Positions 10,654 through 20,488 of a stretch of 64,000 bases of DNA are shown piece after piece. The translations under genes and the position numbers were made by a program. The stretch covers positions 1,216,001 to 1,280,000 of the forward strand of contig CAUVXB020000001.1 in NCBI GenBank assembly GCA_963555825.3, written 5' to 3'. Source of the stretch: Alphaproteobacteria bacterium (lineage in GTDB: Bacteria; Pseudomonadota; Alphaproteobacteria; JAAXGF01). The notes beneath the pieces were generated by a model that was not told where the DNA came from, ran no database searches, and worked only from the letters and a program-made list of their open reading frames with translations. Every line of letters begins with the position of its first letter. Positions within the stretch are counted from its first letter, which is position 1.

Positions 10654-10917
10654 ATAACTCGATCGGCAATTGCCGACGAGCTGCCAAATCAAAAGCCGGA
10701 AGCGCCGATGGCGTGTCGCGGGTTCGGTTACGATGCTCGCTTCTAGTCATCACCGGTTACGTTTCCGTTCATGCACTCGAATGTGCCACCACCGCGAATC
10801 CGATATGCTGCCACAAATTCAAACGCTTGAGCACGTCAGGTGAAAATCCCAGGTAGACGAATTTTGTAGAAATTGGTTGGAAATTATTTTAATGACTTAC
10901 GTTGGCGTTGGTGGGGG

Positions 10918-12339
10918 TGTATCGCACCCGGTTCCTTGGACACAAGTTTGTCTCATGCGGCGGGCCTGAGTGACATCGCGGTGTGCCACGCCTGACGAGC
11001 TTGAGCGGGGCTCAGGTAGCCGTTCTTCTCCACGATCCACTGGGCATTGTACTGTTCGACGAACCCGCGGACGGCGTTCCGCAGCTCCGCGATGTTGCGG
11101 TAGATGCGGCCATGGATGATCTGTTCCTTGAGCGTGCGATTGAACCTCTCGGCGACGCCGTTGGTCTGGGGCTGTTCGACGAAGGCGTAGGACGGCTGGA
11201 TGCCCCAGAACTTGATCTGGTTGGTGAAGTGGTCCGACAGATACTGGGAGCCGTGATCCATCCGCAAGGCCAGCCCCCGCGCCGCACCGGCGGAGGTCGA
11301 GGCATACAGCCTCGCAAGCCCCATGGAGATCGGCTGAAGGGCGGCGAAGCGGTCGCCTCGCTTGCACACATGCCAGCCGACGCACTCGGCGTTCCAATGC
11401 TCGATGGCGGTGAATATCCAGCCCCAGCCGTCGTCCACCGTGAACACCCGAACGCCGTCCGTGCCCCACATGAGGTTGGGGGCATGGGTGATGATCTCAC
11501 CGACATGGGGATTTCCGCCACGGCGGCGGCAGCGATGGGGCGAGAGCAGGTTGTTCTCGCGCATCACCCGGAGCCCCCGCTTGCGGGAAACACGGATGCC
11601 ACGACAGACCCGAAGCCGAGCCCAGACCTTGCGGTGTGTCCCTCGCCCTCCCAGGGGGATGCCTCCAGGTCGGCCTCGATGGCCACCAGCAGAGCCTCGT
11701 CCGAGATCGAGGGCTTCGGTCCCCGGCGCTTTGCTGGTGGGCGCTCAGCGGTGGCCTGCTGCCGGGATTTCATGGCGTAGAACGAGGAACGGGCAAAACC
11801 CCAGGCCGCACAGACCCGCTGGAGGCCGTAGGCCAAACCCGTGCCGGGAGAGGTGGCGGCACTCATCGCCGCGACCTCCGCCGCCCCAAAGGGCCGGACG
11901 TCTCCGTCTTGGCCTCCAGCAGTTCCACCTGCATGATCAACTCCCCGATCCGCTTCATGGCGATGTCCAGTTCCGCCTTCACCGGATCGCCCTTGCGTTC
12001 CTTGAGCGAGGCATCGATCCCGGCGATCGCCTTCTCACGCCACTGCTCGAGCCGGAAAATCTCCACGCCCAACTGCCGCGACAAAAGTTCCACCGGCTCG
12101 CCACGCAAAAGCCGCAGGGCAACCTCACGCTTGCGCGTCACCGTCCACCGCTGGCCAAGTCCCAGAGGGCCTGCCGGCGAAACCTGGCCCGGGGAAAACG
12201 TGGACGAGCCAAGCTCGCCCTCGTTTACCACAGGCCCATCAACAGCAACTTTGTTCTCAAAATTGTCGGTCATGTTCCGGTCCTCCTTGGACACTTCGAT
12301 TAAGCCAATTCTGTGTCCAAGGAAATCGGGTCCGACTCA
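10918..12339 (-). mobile_element. IS3/IS481-type element (orfA 11863-12294; orfB 10953-11866, frameshifted) with 14-bp target duplication
   Basis: TG...CA ends with IR ..TTCCTTGGACACA; rve motifs WGTD, RMDHGSQY, NGVAERFNRTLKE; GGCGTTGGTGGGGG at 10904-10917 and 12340-12353. Confidence 0.9.
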
Positions 12340-12386
12340 GGCGTTGGTGGGGGAACAGGAATTTCACAATTCCTGGGTGCAGCATT

Positions 12387-13301
12387 ATGAGCAAGACGAT
12401 CGTAGCTTCCGACCTCAATCGAGTCGATCCTGTCTACAACGGTCTAGATCTATTTTGGCAGGCAATTTCGTCGAAAGAATCGGTGTTTTGTGTCTGCACT
12501 GCGGCGCGCGATTTTCACGTTGGCTGGAAGGATGCTCTCGAAGTTCTTACCCGCGCGTCACATCGCGACGGAACACACGTAATAAAAAAGACAGACGACA
12601 ATGAAGAAAAAACGCTTTTTATCCCAAAAGACATCAAAAATCACCGACGTTTTACTTTGAAAGTACAAGAACTATATAAAAATACACTTGATGATGTTTA
12701 TTTACTTTTTCACTCTTTTAATCCGCATTATGTAAGGGGGATGCGGCTGAGCGATCTTCCTGGTGGGCCCCATAGACGGTTCATATTTGGGTTTCAAAAA
12801 TTGAGGCACACGGGTATCTTACCTTCAACTACAGGCAATTCTGTATTTAATCACCAAGGGATGATGTTGCTAATGAGAAGATGCTTCCCGACCGATGACA
12901 TGCTCCTGAACTACATTGCGGATCCACATTCATAGAGAGTTGAAGCGACCGAATCCGATGATCTTGACCAAATTTCAGAGTCAATCTTTAGATTAGCCGC
13001 GAAGAAGAGAGCTGCTACAGAAGCAATCATTTTGGATGGATGCCTCGGTTACAAGATACTAACCGCTATCTCCGAATTGGAAGTGCCTACACGCAAAGAT
13101 ATCCTTAAGAAATTGAGCTATCCCAATACCGAGATGCCGCGCTTGAATGACGCGATCGATCGGCTCGAGAGTGTAGGATTTTCACGTCAACGCCGTGGTA
13201 GTCATTTCGCTACAAATAACGGTCGAGACGTTGTCGAGAAAATTCAGCATTATGTAGATAACTGGCCAGACAAAACGGACATGATTGGGGGAGAAGAATG
13301 A
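12387..13301 (+). pseudogene. 304-codon AT-rich gene with one in-frame TAG (12933-12935): unknown N-terminal domain plus C-terminal winged helix
   Basis: ORFs 12387-12935 and 13032-13301 are in the same frame and the region between them is open. C-terminal LGYKILTAI..PTRKDILKKL..RLNDAIDRLESVGF..HFATNNGRDVV is wHTH-like. Confidence 0.7.
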
Positions 13302-13324
13302 GATGTCGATGGACAATCGGATAG

Positions 13325-14660
13325 CACTAGTGTCCGGTTAAAAATCGAATAAATTCAATTGGTTGGTTATTTGCGAAGCGTTGCATCTGTTTTCGTCTCC
13401 CGCAAGTGCTTGATGTATGGGCATTTTCTCGAAGAGGGTCACCGAGAGGATCTGTAACAAAGTGTAGAGCGAGGCGTCCAGGTCGAGGCGCTTCTTGACG
13501 ATGGCGACGAGGACGTAGACCGAGACGGCAATCCAGATCTGCGTCTTCACCGCGTTCTCCGACGTGCCGTAGAACTGCTTGATCCGAAGATGCTGCTTGA
13601 TCCACTTGAAGAAGAGTTCCACCTGCCAGCGGCTTTTGTAGAGCGCGCAGATGGTGGCGGCCGGAAGCGAGAAGTTGTTGGTGATGAAGACCAGCGAATC
13701 TGTCGAAGACCCGCGCGAACCTTGCCGGACTCGGGGTCCTTGAAGCGGATGCGCCGCAGAAGTTCGGGGTAATCCTGACGGGTGTAGAAGCCGTCCAGGG
13801 AGATGGTCTGGTCGCAAATGATGCCGGTCGAGCGATCCGTCGGCGCCGAATAGACGCGATGAGCATCGATGTTCGACTTGGCACGCGTGACGAAGAAGGC
13901 CCCGGCTTGGTGCAACACATAAAGGCGGGCAAAGTCGACGTAGCCACGATCCACGACGTAGATGGCTCCGGCTTCCGGCAAGAGCATATCGAGGGCATGA
14001 ACGTCGTGCAGCTTGCCATCCGAGATGTGGATAAAACTCGGAATGTTGCCCCGCAGGTCGAGCAGCGTGTGCATCTTCACCGCCGCCTTGGTGGTGCGGA
14101 AGTGCGCCCACGGAAAGACCGACAGGCACAGAGCGATGGTCGTCGAGTCCAGGGCGTAGACGGTATTGGTCAGGTCCAACCCCAGTTCTTCGTCGACGTA
14201 CAGCGTCCTCGCCTGGGTGATGAGCCGCTGGGCCAACGCCGCATGGATACGCCAGTCGCGCCTTTCGTTGGCATCGGCCAGCGTCGAGCGCCGGACCGGC
14301 TGGCGGAAGTCCATGTGATAGAGTTTCGATGCGTGGACCGAGAGGCAGGTCTCGATGTCGCGCAGGCTTTCCCGGTAGGTCAGCTGGGCGAAGGCCATGG
14401 ACCGGTATTGCTCGGCGCAGGAAAGCGTCCGGACCCGGTGATCGCCGCCATACCGGTCGACGATCCGCGTGAAAGTAGTCCATGGCAGGAAGTCCATGAG
14501 CTGAGCGAACAGGGTCTTGCCGGTGTTCATGAGCATCTCCTCGGAGAAACTCCGAAAAGTGCTCCATCCAATTCAAATCGACACCATGCATTTTCGCTTC
14601 AAACCCCGCAGAAATCCTGGCTCTCAAAGCCAGCACCGCTCAGTTAACCGGACAGCAGTG
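13325..14660 (-). mobile_element. IS4-family element; transposase (about 13338-14530) frameshifted near 13700
   Basis: IR CACTAGTGTCCGGTTAA / TTAACCGGACAGCAGTG; 9-bp duplication ATCGGATAG; ALDST, DRGY, YKSRWQVELFFKWIKQ. Confidence 0.93.
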
Positions 14661-14789
14661 ATCGGATAGATAAATTAAATCAAATTGTATATTCACAACC
14701 AGTTATTGTGCTAGTTTATGGAAGCTCCAGTGACGATAAAAAACATTATTTGAAGAGAGAAAAAATTAAAGGAGAGTTGAAGAATAGAT

Positions 14790-15544
14790 CTTGCCTATCC
14801 GGTTATCACCCACACCCACTATATGTAGTGTGTCTCCTTGGACTGCAGGCAAGGGCCGGCGCAGGCGCATTGAGGAGGCGATCCGGCTAATTCTTGATTG
14901 TTCTGAAAACCGAACCGGAGTTTAATTCACGTCACGTACTTAACATCGGGGGACGGAACGGTGGCGACCAAGGGAAAAACGAAGAAACCCACGGCCAGAC
15001 GGGAAGCTGCTGATGAAACGACATCGTCTGAGCGATTGACGGCACTAGTCGAAGAAAGCGACGCGCTGGCACGAATCGTTGCGAAGAACCCGTCCGCGCC
15101 TGTTAGTCTCCTGCGCGTTTTGAGTCGCAGCGAAGACGAAGCGACACGCAAGAACGTGATCCTCAATCCGTTTACTCCATATGACGTATTGAGCGAACTT
15201 GAAAACCAGTTCACAGAGCTATTTGTGAATAATCCGGCACTCGAATCCTACAATTCAATGAAGCTCTGATTTCCTGGAATATTCCATCGGTGTCGTTCAC
15301 CTCCGATTTCAGATAAATTTCAATGAAGTGACGGTCCTTTATGCAACGTGGCGTTTTGCCAAATCCGACTCAATGATTAGGATTTCCACCACGCTAAAGT
15401 GTCGCCTAAAAGCCGCTACAATGCCGTCCGAGTCCCTGCTCGGCATCGCCGGAGATATCTCCGCTTCGACCTGCACCGAGCTTTACTCAGGAAAATGGGT
15501 GCACACTACATATAGTGGGTGTGGGTGATAACCGGATAGGCAAG
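14790..15544. mobile_element. Non-autonomous 755-bp cassette (IS1595-family-like ends) with a passenger gene
   Basis: Perfect 43-bp IR (14790-14832 / 15502-15544); 8-bp duplication GAATAGAT; no transposase. Confidence 0.9.
14961..15269 (+). CDS. Small leucine-rich-variant (LRV)-repeat-like protein
   Basis: Repeats VAKNPSAPVSLLRVL / VILNPFTPYDVLSEL / FVNNPAL; GGGGGA RBS before GTG. Confidence 0.7.
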   Translation: MATKGKTKKPTARREAADETTSSERLTALVEESDALARIVAKNPSAPVSLLRVLSRSEDEATRKNVILNPFTPYDVLSELENQFTELFVNNPALESYNSMKL

Positions 15545-16090
15545 GAATAGATATCCAAATGGGAAAATTTATTTTAGCGAAGACTCCGAACTGGACGAGT
15601 ATTGTAAGTATAAAATACAAGGATTCGAGCATTTCTCTATCCCTGACAAAGAAGTCGTTCATTTAATGTTGTGTCATTTGTGTATTGTGCTTGATGTTTC
15701 TAAGGGACCAGGCGAAGAAATTATTTTGATGTTCGCCAAGCAACTTGGACACAAGCTGTTCGTGTTGACACATGAGAAGTTTATAGACGAGAATACATTT
15801 CCAGGATCGGTGCGGAAGAATCTCGATCAAGAATTTTTTACTGACGCAGAATCTGACAGTTGCAGTCTTGTGGATCGGGCCCTAGCCCGGGTCTACAAAA
15901 TCGCGGCTGATCAGGCAGGCATTTCGTAGGTTTGCGGAAAATTCCTGGCACAGTTGAATTCCGGGCGGTTGAATCGGTTCGTCGAATGCCCATACCCGGC
16001 ATCAGAATGGGTGAGTCGTCAACCCATGCAAGTACAACTTCGATAGCCAGGCCTGAGATTGGCAAGTCGCCCAACGTGCAGGATGGCGAA

Positions 16091-16240
16091 CTCGTCGAGC
16101 ACCTGCGCCAGGGCTCGCATTACGTCTTCATCGGCGAGGTCGCCGACATCGCGCTCGGCGACGGCGCACCGCTGGTCTACGCCAAGCGCGCCTACCGAGG
16201 CCTCGGCCTGCCGCTGGAGGCGCTGCCACAGGCGGCGTAA
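16091..16240 (+). repeat. 150-bp direct repeat, copy 2 (orphan flavin reductase 3' end)
   Basis: Encodes the same 49 residues as 8966-9115. Confidence 0.95.
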
Positions 16241-16459
16241 CGCGGCGCGCACGCCAAATCGAGTTGATTGCTCGAGCGCGCCGAGGCAAAGCGCCCGCCA
16301 TAAATTGGTTGGCCAGGGCCGCCAAACGCCGTATCAAAGGTGACGAGCGCGGACGGCGCCGGTGGCGCCTATCGCGCTCGCGCGCTTTTTCACGCCGATC
16401 CTAGGGGCAGTCCGGGCTTCGCTTGATGGACGCAACGATTCTCCCCATGCAACGCCACC

Positions 16460-17182
16460 GTGTTCGTCGCGTCGCTGTTGCAGGCGGCGACGGGCATCGG
16501 ATTCGGCGTGATTGCCGGGCCGATCATCCTGTTGGCGATGAACTCGGGATCGGTGGTGCAGGTCACCATTATTTTGAGCCTGATGATCGCCGTCGTCCTC
16601 GTGCCTTCGATCCACCGCGCGGTCGACAAGGCGCTGCTCAAGCGCTTCCTCGTCGGCTCCGTCGTCGGCTTGCCGATCGGCATCGCCGTCTTCATGGCGA
16701 TCAGCGTCGATTTTCTTAAGCTGTTCGCCGGACTCGCGGTGCTGTTCATGGCCTATTCGGCGTCGCGCCGCGTCGGCCGCGCCGTCTACCACCTCGCCGA
16801 CCGGGGCCAGCGCAATCAGGACATCGGCATCGGCGTGCTGTCGGGCGCGATGAGCGCGAGCCTCGCCATGCCCGGGCCGGTCGTCGCGGCGCGCATGTCG
16901 GCGCTCGCCTGCCCCAAGGACGCGGTGCGCGCGACGGTCCTCATGCTGTTCGTCTATTCCTATATCGCGGCGTTCGGTTTCCAGTCGGCGCTGGTCGGTG
17001 TCGCGGCCGACACGCTGTGGCTTACCGCGACGCTGGTGCCGGCGACGCTGGTCGGTATACTCCTCGGCCGGTTGTCGGTCGCGTGGATCAGCGAACGCGT
17101 GTTCCGCTGGCTGATCATCACGGTGCTCATCGCCACCTCGCTCGGCCTCCTGGTCAACGCGACCGTGAGTCTGGCCGGGTGA
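16460..17182 (+). CDS. TauE/SafE-family (sulfite exporter-like) membrane protein; true start uncertain, possibly frameshifted from ATG 16426
   Basis: ASLLQAATGIGFGVIAGP, GVLSGAM..MPGPVV; about 8 TM segments. Confidence 0.85.
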   Translation: MFVASLLQAATGIGFGVIAGPIILLAMNSGSVVQVTIILSLMIAVVLVPSIHRAVDKALLKRFLVGSVVGLPIGIAVFMAISVDFLKLFAGLAVLFMAYSASRRVGRAVYHLADRGQRNQDIGIGVLSGAMSASLAMPGPVVAARMSALACPKDAVRATVLMLFVYSYIAAFGFQSALVGVAADTLWLTATLVPATLVGILLGRLSVAWISERVFRWLIITVLIATSLGLLVNATVSLAG

Positions 17183-17205
17183 TCGCTACAGAGGAGACGT
17201 CAAAT

Positions 17206-18246
17206 ATGTCTGGCAACTTGGGGCGACTGGACGATCTGCCCAGGGCGCGGCTCTGCCGCACGCCGACGCCAATCGAGGCGATGCCCAACCTGGCGGCGCG
17301 CTTCCGCGGGGTCGAGCTCTACGTCAAGCGCGATGACCTGACCGGACTCGCGTTTGGCGGCAACAAGGTTCGCCAGCTCGAGTTCTACATGGGCGAGGCG
17401 CAGGATCAGAATGCCGACACCATCCTGATCACCGGCGCGATCCAGTCGAACTTCGTCCGTCTCGCCGCGGCGGCAGCGCGAAAGCTCGGCATGGACTGCC
17501 ACGTCCAGCTCGAGGAACGCGTGCCGACGACCGATCCGCTGTACCGCAACTCCGGCAACGTTCTCTTGAACCGTCTGCTCGGCGCAACGCTTTATACATA
17601 CTCCGAGGGCGAGGACGAGGAAGGCGCCGACCGCCGCATCGGCGAAATCGCCGCCGGGCTCGAGGCCGAAGGCCGCCGCCCCTACGTCATTCACCTGGCG
17701 CCGGGTCACGCGCCGCTCGGCGCGCTCGGCTACGTCGTCGTCGGCCGCGAGATCGCCGAGCAGATTGCCGCCGAAGGCCTCGACATCGACGAGGTCGTGC
17801 TCGCCTCGGGCAGTGGCAACACCCATGCCGGCACGCTGTTCGGCCTGCGCGCGATGGGCTGCGACCTACCGGTGACCGGCATCTGCGTGCGCCGCGGCGC
17901 CGACCTGCAGCACGGCCGCATCACCGCGCGCTGCCGCGAGATTGCCGATTACCTGGGCATCGCCCCGGTCGTCGACGAGGCCGACGTCCGCCTGATCGAC
18001 GACTTCCTCGCGCCCGGCTACGGCCAGCTCAATCCACCGACAGTCGACGCGATCAGGATGGCCGCCGAGTGCGAGGCGCTGATCCTCGACCCGGTGTACA
18101 CCGGTAAGACCATGGCCGGCTTTATCCAGCGCGCGCGCGAAGGCGACGCCGGTCGCAAGCTCCTGTTCATCCACACCGGCGGCACGCCCGCGGTGTTCGC
18201 CTACGGCAGGATGCTAATCGAGGCGCTGGCGGAGACCAGCGGTTGA
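17206..18246 (+). CDS. D-cysteine desulfhydrase / ACC deaminase family PLP enzyme
   Basis: PTPIE, KRDDLTGLAFGGNKVR, GAIQSN, LDPVYTGK, FIHTGG; GAGGAG RBS. Confidence 0.93.
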   Translation: MSGNLGRLDDLPRARLCRTPTPIEAMPNLAARFRGVELYVKRDDLTGLAFGGNKVRQLEFYMGEAQDQNADTILITGAIQSNFVRLAAAAARKLGMDCHVQLEERVPTTDPLYRNSGNVLLNRLLGATLYTYSEGEDEEGADRRIGEIAAGLEAEGRRPYVIHLAPGHAPLGALGYVVVGREIAEQIAAEGLDIDEVVLASGSGNTHAGTLFGLRAMGCDLPVTGICVRRGADLQHGRITARCREIADYLGIAPVVDEADVRLIDDFLAPGYGQLNPPTVDAIRMAAECEALILDPVYTGKTMAGFIQRAREGDAGRKLLFIHTGGTPAVFAYGRMLIEALAETSG

Positions 18247-20255
18247 TACGCGTCGTTGGCCAATATCCGCGCACCGTCGAGGTCATCGAGAACGATTGGA
18301 TCACGCTGGCCGACGGCTGCCGGCTCGCCGCGCGCATCTGGCGACCGGTCGACGCCGCGACGGATCCGGTGCCGGCGATCCTCGAGTATTTGCCCTACCG
18401 CAAGCGCGACGGCACGGCCACGCGCGACGAGCTGACGCATCCCTATATCGCCGGCCACGGTTATGCCTGCGTGCGCGTCGACATGCGTGGCAACGGCGAG
18501 TCCGACGGTTTGATGTTCGACGAGTATCTCAAACAGGAGCAGGACGACGGGCTCGAGGTCATCGAATGGCTCGCGGACCAGCCCTGGTGCAGCGGCGCGG
18601 TCGGCATGATCGGTATTTCCTGGGGCGGCTTCAACGGCCTGCAGGTCGCTGCGCGCCGGCCACCGGCACTCAAGGCGGTCATCACGCTGTGCTCGACCGA
18701 CGACCGCTACACAGACGACATCCACTATATTGGCGGCGCGTTGTTGAACGAGAACCTCGGCTGGGCATCGACCATGCTGTCGTTTTCGTCGCGGCCGCCC
18801 GATTCGGCGCTGGTCGGCGAGCGCTGGCGCGCGATGTGGCTCGACCGTCTCGAGAACATGCCGCTGCTGGTCGCCAACTGGCTCGAGCACCCGCACCGCG
18901 ACGCCTTTTGGAAGCACGGTTCGGTGTGCGAGGACTACGCCGCCATCGAGGCCGCGGTCTATGCGGTCGGCGGCTGGGCCGACGCCTACTCGAACGCGAT
19001 TCCCAGGCTGATCGAGGGGCTGCCCGGCCCGGTCAAGGGGCTGACCGGACCGTGGATGCATAAGTACCCGCACTTCGCCGCGCCGGCGCCGCGCATCGGC
19101 TTCCTGCAAGAATGCCTGCGCTGGTGGGACCACTGGCTCAAGGGCCTCGACACGGGCATCATGGACGAGCCGATCTACCGCGCCTTCATGCAAGAAAGCG
19201 TGCCGCCCAAGGCGATGTACGAAGCGCGCGACGGCCGTTGGATCGCCGAGCCAGAATGGCCGTCGCCCAACATCGAGACCAGCGCCTTCGCGCTGTCCGC
19301 CGCCGGCCTGACGCAGGGCCCCGCGCCGGCCCAGACGCTGATGCTGCGTTCGCCCGAGAACACGGGCACGGCGGGCGGCGAGTTCTGCGCCATGTGGCTC
19401 GGCCCCGACATGCCGGTCGACCAACGCGTCGACGACGCCGGTTCACTCGTCTTCGACACCCCGCCGCTCGACCAGCGGGTCGAGATCTTCGGCGCGCCCG
19501 AGGTCGTGCTCGACCTCGCGGCCGACCGGCCGCAGGCCAACATCGCGGTCCGCCTGTGCGACGTCGATCCGACCGGTGCCTCGACGCGCGTGACCATCGG
19601 CATCCTCAACCTGAGCCATCGCGAGAGTCACCAAATGCCCTCGCTGCTGACCCCGGGCGAGCGCTATCGCGTGCGCGTCAAGCTCAACGACATCGCCCAC
19701 GCCTTCCCGCCGGGCAACCGCATCCGCCTCGCCGTCTCGACCGCCTATTGGCCGTTGATCTGGCCATCGCCCGAACCCGTCACCTTGACGCTTCATACCG
19801 GGGAGAGCCGGCTTGATCTTCCGATACGGCCGCCACGCGACGAGGCGTTGACGCCCTTCGAGGAATCGGAGACGGCACCGCCTCAGCGCTATGAGGAGCT
19901 GCGACCGGAGGCAAAGTCGCGCACCGTCGAGCGCGACCTCGCGACCGGCGAGACCGTGGTGCGCATCGTCAACGATTTCGGCGAGCAGCGTATCCTCGAC
20001 CACGACCTCGCGACCGGCGAGATTAGCCGCGTCACGCATCGAATTCTGGCCGACGATCCGACGAGCGCCCGGGCCGAGACCCATTGGACCGAAACGCTCG
20101 GCCGAGGCGATTGGCGCGTGCGCTGCGAGAGCCGGACGACGATGTGGTCTGATCGCGAAAATTTTCACATTGAGGCGAAGCTCGAGGCCTTCGAAGGCGA
20201 CGAAAGGGTATTCGAACGGGATTGGACGCACAGCGTCCGCCGGAACATGGTCTGA
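18243..20255 (+). CDS. CocE/NonD-family serine hydrolase (peptidase S15)
   Basis: LEYLPYRKRD, VDMRGNGESDG, GISWGG nucleophile elbow, GPWMH, C-terminal jelly-roll STAYWPLIWP. Confidence 0.94.
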   Translation: MIRVVGQYPRTVEVIENDWITLADGCRLAARIWRPVDAATDPVPAILEYLPYRKRDGTATRDELTHPYIAGHGYACVRVDMRGNGESDGLMFDEYLKQEQDDGLEVIEWLADQPWCSGAVGMIGISWGGFNGLQVAARRPPALKAVITLCSTDDRYTDDIHYIGGALLNENLGWASTMLSFSSRPPDSALVGERWRAMWLDRLENMPLLVANWLEHPHRDAFWKHGSVCEDYAAIEAAVYAVGGWADAYSNAIPRLIEGLPGPVKGLTGPWMHKYPHFAAPAPRIGFLQECLRWWDHWLKGLDTGIMDEPIYRAFMQESVPPKAMYEARDGRWIAEPEWPSPNIETSAFALSAAGLTQGPAPAQTLMLRSPENTGTAGGEFCAMWLGPDMPVDQRVDDAGSLVFDTPPLDQRVEIFGAPEVVLDLAADRPQANIAVRLCDVDPTGASTRVTIGILNLSHRESHQMPSLLTPGERYRVRVKLNDIAHAFPPGNRIRLAVSTAYWPLIWPSPEPVTLTLHTGESRLDLPIRPPRDEALTPFEESETAPPQRYEELRPEAKSRTVERDLATGETVVRIVNDFGEQRILDHDLATGEISRVTHRILADDPTSARAETHWTETLGRGDWRVRCESRTTMWSDRENFHIEAKLEAFEGDERVFERDWTHSVRRNMV

Positions 20256-20488
20256 TCCGTCGCTTCTGCGATCGACAAGTGAACGCTTGACACAATAGCA
20301 CCGCTGATAGCAAAGTTATCACAGCGAGTGATCGGGAGGATCTCTGCCGCGCGAAAATTAAGCGGCCAATCGGCGCAAAATCGGACCCACGGCGCGAATC
20401 ACCAGGGGGCACGTAGGTACCGACCGAGGCCTATGGACCGTTCGCCGGCAATCTCCCGACCGAAACAAACCAATTGGGAGATCACGTC

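Larger units (their letters stand above)
13303..15929 (+). pseudogene. 172-aa NDT/TIR-like protein gene interrupted by two insertions (segments 13303-13324, 14670-14789, 15553-15929)
   Basis: Removing the IS4 element and the 755-bp cassette plus one copy of each duplication gives a continuous frame MSMDNRIDKLNQ...GELKNRYPNGKIYFSED...AADQAGIS*. The fold call is by eye. Confidence 0.8.

Noticed and set aside
12933-12935. Amber recoding (pyrrolysine), suggested by in-frame TAGs here and at 56174-56176
   Set aside because: Many intact genes end in TAG, no pyl genes are seen, and the transposase TAG replaces an expected Tyr codon. Nonsense mutation or sequence error is simpler.
13303-15929. Complete retron system
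   Set aside because: The effector-like gene has no reverse transcriptase or recognisable msr-msd nearby.
15932-16240. 102-aa ORF as a functional second flavin reductase
   Set aside because: Only the last 49 codons are reductase-derived; the N-terminal half is unrelated and lacks an evident RBS.
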